Notes: a model not told the origin generated them from the letters alone. A stretch of 40,124 nt of DNA from Bigelowiella natans CCMP2755 (GCA_000320545.1 ADNK01001491.1:1-40124); one strand, 5' to 3'. Shown: positions 11,125-24,601, counted from the first letter of the stretch. Numbers and translations: made by a program.

Positions 11125-12696
11125 TCAGGCAGCGTCATTGTGGCAGACGTTCGCCATCTCATGCAGCTTCCTTCGCATTGCAGCGAGTTCATTCTCAAAG
11201 TATTCCTTCATGTCGGATTTCACTAGTCCCTTGTCTAGCCTTTCCTGCAGCTCGAAGAACCTGTTCTCCATCAAGGTTTTGGTGCGAATGTTCGAACACA
11301 CGAGTTTGTTGTGTTCGATTTTGTCCACGATGTTTGGACGAAAGCTTCGCGACAGCACAGACTCCAAGTCTTCCGTCGTCATGTTTCGCAACCGCTTCCT
11401 GCTGCTCTTGCTGCTTTTTGTGACGGAGCTCACAACGCTGTCCCCGTCACTTCGATTGCAGTCCCCGAGCTCGACAACAACATCGCTTATGTTCGATGGC
11501 ATGGAGCTGTCGAACAACGCGGAGGCGATGTCCCCATTGGTTTTTCTCATGCCAATGTTCAAGTAATATTGCACGTAAGACCTCCTCCTCTCCCAGTCAG
11601 CTTCCATGTCGGAGCCAGGATCCTCATCCGGAGTCTCCTTCATATGAAGCACGTACGACTGGGGAGCCTTCCCCTTCTTCCAACAATAATCGAAGAAGTC
11701 AGGATCATTGTTTCCTGACTTCTCGTAGTTGTGCAATATTCGCGTACGAGTGGCACGCATCTCGTTGCGATATCTCTGCAGCTTGGCCACTGTCTGATGT
11801 CCAGTCCACTTTGCTGGATCAAACAGAAGTACCCCATTTGCATTTTGAAGGAGTGGATCGTTAGGGGCGTAATGTTCCGGCTTGAACGACGGATTGTTGT
11901 ACAAAGCGTGGACAGAACGCCAATAGCGATCAGTGGGACTAACTCCTTCAAAATCCTCCTTGTTCATCTTCCTCTCCGAAGCAGAATACAGCTCAAGGAG
12001 GCTCCCCTCAGTCCACACGCTGTTAGGGGAATGCTCAGCCATGTCTTCTAGGACCTCATTGGACAACCGTAGATTACTTGAGCATATTATGTGGACCAAC
12101 CGTGCGCTACAGCTGTCTGACCACCTTGCAGTGGCTTCGTTCTTGCCTGCAGTCGTTTGGAGCTTCAAGTCTACATCATCACCAATGTGATCTGTTCTCC
12201 TGCTTGAATTGCTCTTCATCACTTTACCATTGACATATTTGATGGCCAAATTCAACCGATACTCCTTGCTGGTTCCTTTCGATCAATCAGGCACATTGTT
12301 TTCCTTCAGCCATTTCTTTAAGTCTATCCCACTCATCGCACGCAGTTTGCCCACTATATATTCATCTATTTCATCCGTGCCACCTTCAGAAACGTGGGAA
12401 CGCTCACTTACTGACGTCATTGAATCGTCAATGGATCCAAAGGTTGGTGTGGGACTCACAAAATTTTCAACGGAGACACCAGAGGCACACATTGATGGTT
12501 TCACAGTTTCCTTCACATCAGCGCTCGATACGTGATCCACCACATCGCGCACCTTTTCTGTGGTGATGACAGACGTGCATGGGGCTAAAGACAGGGTTTT
12601 TTTGGACTCAACGGCCAAGGTATGGCCTGCAACACCGTGCGTTGGGGGGGGGTCCAGAACCGTAACGTGAGTGGCATCCATCTTTTTATTTTCCAA
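11125..12696 (-). pseudogene. Harbinger second ORF (Myb/SANT-like DNA-binding protein) with one in-frame TGA at 12283-12285
   Basis: ORFs 12283-12696 and 11125-12255 are in the same frame. RWSDSCSARLVHII...YWRSVHALYNN...KLQRYRNEMR...NYEKSGNNDPDFFDYC resembles Harbinger-associated Myb/SANT-like proteins; C-terminal coiled coil; lies inside the TIRs. Confidence 0.65.
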
Positions 12697-13259
12697 TATT
12701 TTCGGTCAACATGATGGATTGATACCCAACAAATATCTACACACCGCAGAAATCCACTAGTCGAGATTCGAGATTGACGTCGATTGCGATGGGCATGTTT
12801 CCAATCAATGGACCGCAACAACATCGATGATATATCAACATATTTTGGTCAAAATTTGAAGTCAATTCAAATATTTTCATAACGAAATTGGTCAGATTGG
12901 TTGGTCATCAGTCAGTTTTGTATTTGCGTGGAACGAGCAAAAATCCATGAAAATCAACATCCAAAATCACCAAAAAAAAACCAACGCAGATTGGTTGGTC
13001 GGTTGGTCAGTTTGTATTTGCGTGGAACGGGTCTTATTAAATAGGCAGTAATACGTAAGTTACGTGACTTTAAGGGCGTAAGTTACCATTCCAAGGTATA
13101 TCTTAAGATATCTTAAATTGAATGGTCATGTCGCATTCTAAGAATGCTGGGGATTTTGCTGTCGAAAGAGCACACTTTTGGTGCTTTCTTCACAGAAACC
13201 TCGACCGCCACTGATCCCCCATTTAGTCACGTCGTCACTTCAAATGACGATGGGATAAG

Positions 13260-14571
13260 ATGGATGCGAAGAACCCAACCACTGCCCGGCATGGAATGCT
13301 CGACCGTGCAGCCATGCCCGAATTCAAGTGCGGCGAGCAAGAATTTACGATTGAAATGAAACTCGGGGAGGGTGCTACATCCAAGGTTTGGAGGCTTTTT
13401 ATTCACACATATCATGGAAGTGTTGGAGACGAAAATGAAAAAGTGATAGACACGGAAAGAGAAACCAATTGTAGATTTTGTCGTTGTGTGCCCTCCTTCA
13501 ATGACGCATATTGCTGTCCATTTGCCAGCAGGGACTAGAGATGTATGGTATTAAGACTTCCTATTTAGTGCAACTGTTATGATGCCACCAGGTCTTCATT
13601 GCAACCGCTAAATGCAATCCCAAATTCAAGGTGCAGCATACACATGCCTTGCCATTTTGTTTCAATGCAAACCATTTTGTTTCAATGCAAACGCGATAGC
13701 TACAAGAAGGCTTGTTTCTAGACATTTCTGACAGTAGTCCTGCTGTATATTCTTGGGAAAAAGAATTAAGAAGTTCTTTTCATCGATCACCAAGATCCAG
13801 CAAATGATTCGTAAGACATATTCTGCTGAACCGCTTTGAGCTGTGCTTGAGAGCCAAGAGCGAGGGTGTGCACTAGCAAGTATCTTGCTACCAGCGAATA
13901 AAGAAAAACGCAATATAAGTATAATGTCTCTATTCACACCCAGATTGCCGTAAAGCTTATGCCTCGGAAGCACAGGAAGTTGGCATGGACAGAATACCAA
14001 ATTCTAAGGTTGTTCCCTCCTGTTTGATTCCTTGCTGTTGAGTTTTTTTTCCCTATGGTAAGTACATTGCCTACAGAGTTCCGAATGTACTGCCCAAGGA
14101 AAAACATAACGATGGCGAGTTTCTCACTCTTATTTAGGAAGCTAAATCACAAGAATATCGTTCGATTGGTCGATAAGTTCTCTCCATCGAAAGGAGATAT
14201 CAGATGCGGTAATTCCATAATACTATCGTCAATTCTACTGATTGAGTACTGCATTTACGCACTGGACAGCCGACTTTCTGCACCAATCGTCCTTTTTCCA
14301 AAAAAATGACTGAAATTATGCGCTTTATGATAATACGGGGCCCCTTTTCATCCAGGAATCACGATGAATTACATTCCAGGAGACGATCTTTACGGGTATT
14401 TATTGATCTGAATATAACTTTGCGTTTGGAGTTTATCGTCGTTTGATAGTATCGAGAGACAACCGTACCCTATATTCCCAATATCCAGCAAGCATCATAG
14501 TTTGAAGATGTCTGTGCGAAAGAGCGTTTGATTTTAGTCCGACGGGTTAATATACACGCCGCACATACACA

Positions 14572-14603
<32 letters not shown>

Positions 14604-15889
14604 CACATATACTTCCTCAGATTTATGTTGTCTGCAAAATGCCTTCATGTGAAGACTGTGGCCACCATTATGCTTCAATTAGCAAACGCTGTCGCATACA
14701 TGTAATAATAACCTTAATCCGTATTGCCAAGGACTACTTTAATTTGGAGTCTGAAATGAGTGTCAGTCTGCTTCATCTATCTTTACCCAGCTATGGATAT
14801 TAACTTAACTCAGGCATTCAAAAGGCATTATGCACAGGGATATCAAAATGGAGAACATCCTGATCGTAATTGAAAACTAGAGCAATTGTTTGATGTCACT
14901 GTCATTGCTGGCAAAAGTACTTTAGTTTTACGTTCGAATTTTCACACGATGCAACATCGTTTTACCTTTGTTTTCACACAATGCAACATCGTTGCTGTTG
15001 TTCCTTTGTTTAGTGCAAATCCAACGATAAAGAACACAAAATCGTGCTCATCGACTTTGGCTGCGCGACTACGTCTCGATCCTCGTAAAATGAGAATCTA
15101 GACATAAATGAAAATATTGGGCTGAAGAATCATGGACATCCTAAAATAAATACTCTGCTCTATTTCAGTAGATTTTCTTAACTACGCACGACCCCCACAA
15201 CAAGGGGGTAGCAGCAGCACCATAGGAATGAAGAAACCAAACAATCGTTACCGAGCATCCCACTCATCTTATAATCTATTGAATATGTTTAGGATTCGAT
15301 TTTGTGGATCGCTGTACTATTTAGCACCCGAGATAGTCAGGGTGAGCAAATCAAAGCCATACAACCGCAAATTAGACGTATGGTCTATGGGAGTCGTCGC
15401 GTTTACTCTCAGTTGCGGGTACTATCAGTATAGAATGGAGGCTTTCGAACATTCTATACACGATTCTACATAGATTTATTCTCACTTTACTACATGTCGT
15501 GTCGTTGCTAGATTCCTCCCGTTTTGCTTCGACAACAGAGTAGATACGATGAAGGCAATCTGGTAATAGTGGTTTTCTTAAAAGAGAGAGCGCCGATGTA
15601 GAAGATTGAAATCCGTTGTGTTTGTTCTCGAACGATAGTTGTGGCACATTGGTCTTTCCCTTCTGGGTCGAAGAGTCAATCACAAAGATCATAAGGAAGA
15701 TGCTGGATCCTAACCCAACAACTCGGCCAGATTCCAATAAACTCGTGCAGTACTTCGAGTACCTAGAGAGTATATGCAGTAACCGCACGAGCCGTTTCTT
15801 CACCCTGCCTTTGTATAGACTTCTGGAACTATCAATGGAAGAAAACTGCAGGAAGCAAGTGATTGTGAAATATGTGCACACATACACAT

Positions 15890-15947
<58 letters not shown>

Positions 15948-16646
15948 ATGCATTTTTGTCACCAGAGTGTTATGTTCAAGAAAGAGCCGCTGGTTTCAAC
16001 TTCTAGGTAATAGAATAGCGTAAGCCCGAAGGAATACATACCTTTATCGGACCGATGCGAATATGATTTTTCTTTAATAAAGAAGTGAAGGATTAGCAAG
16101 AGGATCAGCAGCAACGACAGTTCAACACAACTGATGAGAACATGAGAATAGGGATGTATGAGTGCCGTGACGAAGAGATTCGATATTTTCTCACTTGCGG
16201 CCTTATTGCTTCACTTTAGATCGCATGAAGATCTAATACAAAACTGTCGGTCCCCGCATAAAAAAGCTGCAAGGTGCAGAATTGTCACCGTCGGAGACGA
16301 TGCGACAGCAAGCAATGCCCCGCTGCAGAAAAGGCCTCTGTCCACGCCCTTACTCAGTCGTAAGTTCTCATCCTCCCCAAGAAACTGTGTTACCCTGGAA
16401 GATCAACTTCGCGAAAAGGTTTCAAAAACTAATGATTCTTGATGATAAAATCTTAACTAATTTTTCAATCTTCTGTGGCCGGAAACCTCAGCGCCTGTCG
16501 CCTGTTGCGATCTGGTTGTGTTCGTTTGTGTTTGTGGTGAGCTTTTGGGGGGAGGGGGAGGGAGGGGACGAAAGACTTTCATTTAAACTTGTTGGGAACT
16601 GACCGGCCGAACTAACGATGTTTGTTGTGCTATTTGCTGACGGTTT

Positions 16647-16679
<33 letters not shown>

Positions 16680-16680
16680 G

Positions 16681-16721
<41 letters not shown>

Positions 16722-17020
16722 CTCAAACAGGAAGTCATCAACGACACCGATGGGGAGCCATCGCCGTATCCGGGTGGACAATCGCGGCAGCTTTCTTACC
16801 GAAAGTGTACGACAACACAGCGCGTGAAGATAATGCAGGGTTTTGCCGCAAATCAATGCTTTACAAGAGCGCAGCATTTTGATTCGCCCACGGAATCCTG
16901 CGCCAAAGGCTGTTCAAAACTAAGATCAAGAGACTTAGCAAGATGATGAAGGCATGGAGCTTATTAGACGCAATGAGTTGGCGAAGAAAGGCCATCAAAG
17001 AAGGAACACTTCTCAAGTAG
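13260..17020 (+). CDS. Ser/Thr protein kinase (CAMK-like), multi-exon; 3' end approximate
   Basis: Exons encode LGEGATSK|VFIAT, IAVKLMPRKHRKLAWTEYQILR|KLNHKNIVRLVD, MNYIPGDDLY, GIMHRDIKMENIL, IVLIDFGCA, FCGSLYYLAPEIV...LDVWSMGVVAF, IRKMLDPNPTTRP. All catalytic motifs are present. Confidence 0.9.
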
Positions 17021-17089
17021 CACAAAAAATAGGAACTGACGAAACACGAAGCGACAGGAAGGAACACAATTCTACTCGCTGAGCAGACT

Positions 17090-17800
17090 GTGGACTCGAA
17101 ATCAAATGAAAATGAATTGCAACATGATTTACCTTAGTTCCACGGATGCGAAGCATGCATGTGGACCGTGTGCATGCTGGACACGCATGCTAGCACGCCA
17201 GCGCACGCAATGTTGGTGCAATGCACGTTCTGCACACACGACGTTGCTGCATGTACGTGTCCTCTGCTAGACTGGTCTCGCAGTCTGTTTGTTCATGGGA
17301 TGCTCTCACATGCAGACATGCAATGCAACACACTGCACACCTGGCTAGCTGGACATGTTCTCTGCACACGTGACATTGCTGTCTAGCTGTGTCCATCATC
17401 GCTGCTCATGCACTTCTAGACTTGAACGCTGGCACGCAGTTACATCAGGGTGACCATTGAAAACATTCAGCAATCATGCACTTCGTTGCATGCATGAGCA
17501 CGATGCATTGCTGTGTCCATTGTTTGCACCCGCTAGCCCGTCTCACGCATGCTGCGATCATCCTCCACGACAATGCTAGAATGCTAGAATGGTCTGTTTC
17601 TAGGTTTTAGTGTTCCAAAATGCACCATCGATGAACGAATCAAATGTGTACCAGTCTTGCAAGCAGTGCAATCAACAGTGCACACAAGATCTAGCGATGC
17701 TAGGATGCGTGTTCTTCTGCACTTGCTGTCCAGAATGTCTAGATGTGAAAGCAGCAGTGAATGCTAAACAATGCGATCGTTACTACATCTTATAACTACA
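17090..17800. other. TpA-depleted intergenic patch with CTAG survivors
   Basis: TG/CA-rich; roughly a dozen CTAG make up most of the remaining TA. Confidence 0.8.
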
Positions 17801-18148
17801 CGCACAACAGCACGTGGTACGTTATCAGCGAGCTGAGGATCGCCTTCGAGCTCAATGTGCTACACGCCATGTCTCAAACAAAAGAACACAACGTCGGTCC
17901 GATATTTTGCCTCAAATCGTCTTGCTAGCTAGACAACTGGTAACCACCGAGTGATCATATCATTTTCTGTGTTACTGTGGAGCTTTCCCATTATTTAATT
18001 GCGATTCACAACATCATTCGCAGGACATGCTTAGCTGCGACAAACACGAGTTTTCCTCATTTTTGGGTGGTGCATATTAACACCGTTGGGTTTGGTTTTT
18101 TGGATTGATTCGTGGAAAAGCTTTCGTCGGAAATAGAGACGATTCAGC

Positions 18149-18514
18149 TTAAGCCTTGGAGCTGGTGTACTTGGTGACAGCCTTGGTTCCCTCGGAAACA
18201 GCGTGCTTAGCAAGCTCTCCAGGAAGGATGAGGCGGACAGCGGTCTGGATTTCCCTGGAAGAGAGGGTAGCCTTGTTGTTGAATCGGCAAAGCTTTCCAG
18301 CTTCGGAAGCGATGCGCTCGAAGATGTCTCCGATGAAGGAGTTCATGATCGACATACCGCGGCGGGAGATACCGGTATCAGGGTGGACCTGCTTGAGGAC
18401 CTTGTAGATGTAGGTGGAGTAGGATTCAACACGCTTCTTTCTGCGCTTTCCTTCTGCCTTTTTCTTTTCAGGCTTCTTAGCTGGGGTCTTGGTGGCTTTA
18501 GACTTGGCTGGCAT
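18149..18514 (-). CDS. H2B: Histone H2B
   Basis: Intronless 121 aa: [25 protein letters not shown]...[32 protein letters not shown]. Confidence 0.99.
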   Translation of the reverse strand: MPAKSKATKTPAKKPEKKKAEGKRRKKRVESYSTYIYKVLKQVHPDTGISRRGMSIMNSFIGDIFERIASEAGKLCRFNNKATLSSREIQTAVRLILPGELAKHAVSEGTKAVTKYTSSKA

Positions 18515-18803
18515 GGTGACTGTTTGAGTTGTGGGGTTTGGTGTGATGGGAGATGTTGCTATTTCCTCACGCTACACCTCGCGAAATCCGTCTTTCCAAC
18601 TTAAACCTATCCAAATTTACATGCGCTTCTAACTAAATTGTTTATAATTTACAACTGCGACAATAAAAATAGATCAACATTTCTGAATATTTTGCGATAT
18701 ATTTTATTTTTGAGTAGGCTTGTCACGGCCGTTAATTTGAAATCGAGTAAAATTCAGCCGATATTTTATGTATATTAATAAATCGGCTTTTAATGATAAT
18801 TAG

Positions 18804-19738
18804 ATGAATTCCCGCAAACTACTACAAAATCGACAGTTAGACCCTGCCGCCTTTTTAATATTTTCGGGGTCAAGAAGTAGTCAAAACTGTTATCGAAGGG
18901 GTCTGGATATAGTCAAACCTTTCTCAGACCTCCATCTGTTTGATGATGAGAGCGACATCCGATCTAGATTGTCGCAGAGACAAAAGTTAGCTCAATACGA
19001 TGAAGATATTTACGACAAAATCTTATACGGAGTTTGACTGAGACTTGTAAAGAAATAAACAGGCAAACTTTCATTGGAGAAACTTCTGATTGTGATAGGG
19101 AAAAGACCCCTCGTGCCCCCCTCCCCTCGATGACGATAAGCTGGTGATGGGCACGTATGAATGGCTGGCTTTCCTGCTCTCTCCTTGCATGCTATGCATC
19201 CCTTCACATGGATGAGGAGGATCTCAATCGTCTGAAGGTAGGAGCGAAGGACTAGAAGAAAGGCCGAGGAAGGAGTAGAGGATTTTTTCGAGCATGAGTT
19301 TCACCTTAAGACGGAGAGGGCCAGGCTTGCTGCCCTAATGTTGAAATAGTCTCCGCATAAATTTGTGACTTCAGCTTCCATGGCTCTATTTGGGTTTGGG
19401 TGTGTTTCTATTTATTGTATTGGTGTGTGCGTGTGCGTGCGCTTGTATGAATCGATCGAAGCTGGGTCTTCTGGCATCTTCTGGCACAACGGAACGGGTG
19501 CAGCGAGATGCTGAGAGACTTTTGAAGAGAACCGGAGAAAATCAGGTAGTAGTTTTTGGGATTAATCGCTTATGAACGACCTCGTGCGCATGGTCTAAGC
19601 AGGCATGTCTCTTCGTGGCTTGCTGTATTAGCACTCATACCATCGACGCCGAAGTTGTTTTCTTAAAAAGAAATGCAGGGAGAATAATAAATTAGATGCG
19701 TAATTGCCTCTATGTTTCACCCCCCCCCCCTCCCCCCC

Positions 19739-19820
<82 letters not shown>

Positions 19821-20553
19821 GTTCTCTCTCCATAGCTACCTTATATCCTCTCTCCTTCTGTCCATACCTCCTCAGGACGCAGAAATCTTTCTCCGAACGA
19901 ATTTCCCAGAGCACTGCACGCAGCTAGCTGATAGCCTCGTCCTAGCGAAGTACCCGGCATCTCGCCCGGAAGATCAACCAAAAGACGACGTAGACGCTGC
20001 TGGGGGTGATAACTATGTAGAGGCAGCCACGGTTCTCACCTGTAGGGTGAAGAAGGGGGGGGGTAGCGAGAGAGACAGGAACAGTAGGCCCACCTCCTCG
20101 AGATTTCGACTAAATGGTTTAGACGCGAAACATACGAGATTCGCCGATCTTCTCGGTGCGGTGTCTGTCGCCACGGGCATACCCCAGGAGCATGTCAAAA
20201 TCATCAACCTTCAACAAAGAGGGGGGGGTGGGGATGTAGGGGCGGCACACCAGCCCAGTCGGCGGATTCGACGAAAGCAAAGGAGGCAGCAGAGGGCATC
20301 CACAGGACCGAGAATTGGCGGGCTGATGCAGGGCAAAGCTGACACTCCAATCTCAGAGTGCGCTCCGCCCCTCACTCCCCGTTATTCTACATCTACTACT
20401 TCCTCAAGTGCTGGCGCTCTCGATGATATCCTTATTGTTGATGCTCGAAGCCAACAAGGACCGTCAAGAAAGGAGGGGGGGGTAAGTGGTGAGAGCGCCT
20501 CAGCTGTGATGCGAAAGGAAGCGAGAGAAGCCAGTAAGTGATTTATTTGTCAC

Positions 20554-20596
<43 letters not shown>

Positions 20597-20662
20597 TCCC
20601 TCGTTCTTCCTTTTCCCCCTTTATCTCCCACCACACACACATAAACACATACGAGCGCATGT

Positions 20663-20723
<61 letters not shown>

Positions 20724-21670
20724 TGTCCTTTTAATGAATATGTAAACGCGCCGGTGTTCGAACGCGTCGCGCAGAGTATGGAAATGCATCCACAACGCGC
20801 TATCTCTCCGTGGCGTGGCAAAGACACGACACCGGCCGTCAATACTCATCAGCCATACAGCTATGCGTCTTGCGTGCATACTCTCACCCTTGAAACTGAG
20901 CCACGCCTTCCTCCTCTTTCCCAGGCCAGGTCACGGACAACATCTGGATTGGCGGGATCGCCGCTGCGAAGGACGAGGAGGGGTTCGGTAAGAGAAGAGG
21001 AGGCCCCCCAACCGACATTAAATGCGCTGATGGGACAAGGGGGGCGAAGAAGCAAAGCCGGTTTTCGCACGTCCTCTGCCTCAGCGGCTCTGAGTGCGCC
21101 GTCCACTCCCCTTTGCTGCGGAGGGAATCGTCGGGGTCGCGTGTGAAACACGGGGTAGGAGGAGGGGTGGGGGGAAAGCGCGAGGTGTTCGTGGTGAGAA
21201 ACCTCGAGGACGACGCCAACGCAGATATCTCCCGGCATCTGTACAGCTGCGTGCGGTACATGTGCGAAGTTCTCCACTCGAACCCCCCCGACCGCACTCG
21301 TGCTGCAGCGGCGTGTGGCTTGGCGGAGGGGGGCGGGCCAGGAAGCGAAGGGGAGGAGAAGCGTCGAATGCTCGTGCATTGCCAGGTTGGCGATGCGTGT
21401 TTGTTCGTTTTCTAAGTTTGTAGATAATGATATTGATAACGTCCCTAGCGGCCGGCGTCTCATCACCGATGCTCTGCTGTCCTACAGGCAGGTGCTTCGC
21501 GTTCCGTCAGCATAGTTGTAGCCTACTTGATGTTCAGAAACCACTGGACCCTTGAGGAAGCTTTTCGCTACGTGAAAGGCCGCCGGAAGATGGCGCGACC
21601 GAATCCGGGATTTTGGGATCAACTGCGAGCATTTGAGAAGCAATACGTGCCTGCCAGAATCATGCGGTGA
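18804..21670 (+). CDS. Dual-specificity protein phosphatase with long N-terminal region; start uncertain
   Basis: Exons ~19877-20533, 20925-21385 and 21488-21670 give SQVTDNIWIGGIAAAKD...LEDDANADISRHL...MLVHCQ|AGASRSVSIVVAYLM...EEAFRYVKGRRKMARPNPGFWDQLRAFE (HCxxGxSRS motif). Confidence 0.88.
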
Positions 21671-21799
21671 GGCAAGAGCGAATACGTTTAATCGGGTTGT
21701 GTAGCGTTTGGAGTTCCCGGCCAAAAGGCACCTACTTTTCCCCTGACCGGAAAGACTAAGGCGCAGGTGGTAAAAGCGCGGTCCTGCCGTCGCTTGATT

Positions 21800-22560
21800 C
21801 GTCACGGCACGTGTCCAATGTATAAGCTCCTGCGATTAATGAAGAGTTGTGTGAAAATGAAGAGTCCGCTCATACGAAAAAATGTAAATGTTTGAAGACG
21901 TTACATCGCAGCATCGCAGCTGCAGTCGTTCAGCTGTGAAGAAAGAATCTTGAAATGCTAAGTGCAAGCTCATAGCAGTGCGTGTGCCGCAACATGATGA
22001 CGAATGAGCGATATCTGCATGATCCAAAGGCTATAGGTGTTCGACAGCAGAGCGCGAGTCAGACAACCCAAACAAGTAGAAGTGATATGGACCAATAAAT
22101 TTTGGATTCATCGTCGCACTGATTTAATCGCCAGCTAGAGAGCAGACTGCGGCGTAGCTAGCACGACGAATCATGATAAAAGACACGACTGCTGCGCATG
22201 CTGGATGGCATCCAAACATGTTTCATTTGTTGTGTTATATATACATGCGCACCCATGACCCTCACAACATGCTAGCTAGCTAGCGTGGTGTCAAGTATGA
22301 TCACAATTGGAAGCACTCTTGCTTATGCCATACACGCACATGCATGCCCATATATATGCTACACCCGCTGCATTGCACAGCTACATTAGGATGACCATTG
22401 AAACAATTTAAACATTTCATTACATCCGTCTCAAATATGCTACACACTGCTAGACTGGCCCACCTCCATGCAGCTAGACACATTGCATTGATCGACAAAG
22501 CTAGAAAGCAAGCGGCGCGCACACACGCGCGCAGCTTCATTCTCGTGTAAGTCTAGAAGT
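21800..22560. other. Partially TpA-depleted intergenic patch
   Basis: Enriched in gctag/ctagctag and TG/CA runs; weaker than the core domain. Confidence 0.5.
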
Positions 22561-22684
22561 TGCATCGCACCGTTTTGGCCGCTGCCGCTACCAATCCACA
22601 AAAAATAACGAGAAGCAGCATACTATGTACGCCAAAGACATGTTCGACACTCTTATACACACACACACACACACAAATACAAAT

Positions 22685-22737
<53 letters not shown>

Positions 22738-22829
22738 GTGTGTGCGTGTGTGTGTATTCGTGTATTTGCTGCGCATTTTACACGTATTGCATGAAACAAG
22801 TATTCGTTAGGACCCACTACTATTTTTTT

Positions 22830-23055
22830 TTAAGTAACGTTGCGAGTAGCATCCACCTTGATGCCCATTGTTTTGCAATTCGCAGTGATTGTACGGCACA
22901 TCGATTCTAATGTAACATTCGGCCTGTCGTTTTCCTGCAACTTTATCTTTGCAATTTCATATATTTGCTTGACGTGAATAGCACCGACTATTTCGTGTCT
23001 GCAAAAAAATTGGGTGTGGGCGGGAAGGGGGAGGGGTAACTTATGAGATTGATTG

Positions 23056-23104
<49 letters not shown>

Positions 23105-23783
23105 AGGTGGTTGGCAGTGTATAATTGAAAGATGAGAACAGCTTCTGCTTAGTAAAATAATTACTCTAATGTATGCAGTATGAGTCCCACAAACAAACCA
23201 ACATTATGTAGAAGTAAATACACATTTTGTACATCATATGCAGGAACTTGAATATGCGGTGTGCAAACGTGCATGCATCAGTGACATCAATCTATCCCTG
23301 AATCAGTAAAATGGAACTAGTACGACCCCTTACCCTGGTCTATTCGCCCCTTTCTCGACCCCAGCTGCTTCTTTGATATACCAAGAAGTTACAGGGGCCC
23401 GTGTTGTCAAGGAAAAAGTTCCATCCTTAAAAGCACTAAGCTTTACTCTCAGTGGGATCCCTGGGGCGAAGTCAGATGTCTGTGCGTTGAATTTCTTGCA
23501 GAACTGCATCATATTTACTCCGAGCGAACCCAATGCCTAAATGTTTAGAGCACGTTACCGGGAGAACAGCGAGTAATGTAAACCGATATTAAAACATTGA
23601 AAGGTGTCACGTAGGGTCGAGAAGAGAAAGATGTTTTTCTCTTTCAGAGAGAGGTCAACTTTGGAATCCCTGTGTCGATTTGATTTGAAAATTCTGGTTT
23701 GTTACCTGTCCGATTTTCGGCGATGGCGCCGCCTTTCCTGCTGGCACGACCAGTCTAATGCACGCCTTCAAAGGCCCCGACAT
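22830..23783 (-). CDS. MRPL11: Ribosomal protein uL11, bacterial/mitochondrial type; exons 23783-23706, 23536-23334, 22998-22830
   Basis: MSGPLKACIRLVVPAGKAAPSPKIGQ|ALGSLGVNMMQFCKKFNAQT...KGANRPG|HEIVGAIHVKQIYEIAKIK...CKTMGIKV. Confidence 0.93.
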
Positions 23784-24224
23784 AATGAATCGGCACTAGC
23801 TGTCGAAACTTTACTTCTTTCTGCAAGGGGGTGGGTCACCGCACTCACAGGTTCGACTGGCTGAGCTCGAATTACGGTTAAGTTCCAGAGACTTACTCAT
23901 ATTTGTGATGTACAATTGGCAATTTTATTAATTTGTCGAATTTTGGCGTGTCTTTCAAAATAAAGTACAGGGTTTCAAACATAATAAAGTTGGTCGTTGT
24001 TACCAAAGAAAGACTGACATTCAAGAACCGCAGTCGAGTTTCTATTTTGGAAAGACGACACTTTTTTTGGCTATGACGCTAGTTGTAATCGCCCGTATAA
24101 AGATATGTGTGTACATTTGGAAAATCGTAGGAGAATTTTCAAGAGAGTCTGCGTTCAAGTAATGTCGGAGGTTCCTGAACAAATCCTCCCGAAGATGGTC
24201 ACCGCGGAATCAATTCATGACCCT

Positions 24225-24550
24225 TGTTGCGCGTAAGGTGTTCACAGGCCGAGGCGCTACGTGCACAAGTAGGCAGGGGGGGGGAAAGGCACGTTTGCTT
24301 CCTTTTGAAGAGTTGTGTTTATTTTTATTAAAGATTATATTTTTATTAAATCGTGCACTGCGTAATCATTCGCGAAGCTTTCGCGAATGCCGCCGCACGT
24401 GGGGCAGCACACTTCCGGTGTGCTGCCATGAGTCCCGCCGGAACCCACGTGCCTATGCTGTATTAATATCTACGTTATCTATATTCTATATCCGCGACAA
24501 CCCCTTTGTTGTCGCACGTGACTTGTGCCCGCGTAGTGGTACGCGCTACA
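24225..24550 (-). repeat. 3' LTR
   Basis: Direct repeat of 29615-29940; terminal inverted repeat tgttgcgcgta / tacgcgctaca (10 of 11 match). Confidence 0.97.
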
Positions 24551-24558
24551 CCTCCCCC
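24551..24558 (-). promoter_or_regulatory. Polypurine tract
   Basis: Minus-strand GGGGGAGG immediately before the 3' LTR; further (GGAA)n purines upstream. Confidence 0.8.
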
Positions 24559-24601
24559 AAGTCACGTTGCTCCTTCCTTCCTTCCTTATTCCCTTAGACC
24601 T

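Larger units (their letters stand above)
7206..13033. mobile_element. PIF/Harbinger-like DNA transposon (decayed), convergent transposase and Myb/SANT-like ORFs
   Basis: Imperfect TIRs: left gatcccctccacgcaagtgcaaactgaccaacc (7206-7238); right, reverse-complemented, gacccgttccacgcaaatacaaactgaccaacc (ends 13033), followed by TTA (typical Harbinger TWA target). Subterminal tgaccaacc repeats at both ends and a second TIR-like copy at ~12911-12935. The left TSD is not intact. Confidence 0.75.

Noticed and set aside
12283-12285. Selenocysteine or programmed read-through at the in-frame TGA
   Set aside because: TE accessory ORF with no redox motif or evident SECIS; a nonsense mutation is simpler.
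13592-13700. Apparent TA-poor patch inside the kinase gene
   Set aside because: Largely a genuine short exon (VFIATAKCNPKFK) plus a 20-bp duplication; too short to call.
24217-24597. 126-aa and 123-aa ORFs duplicated at 24217 and 29598
   Set aside because: Antisense frames across the LTRs; the duplication simply reflects the LTR repeat.
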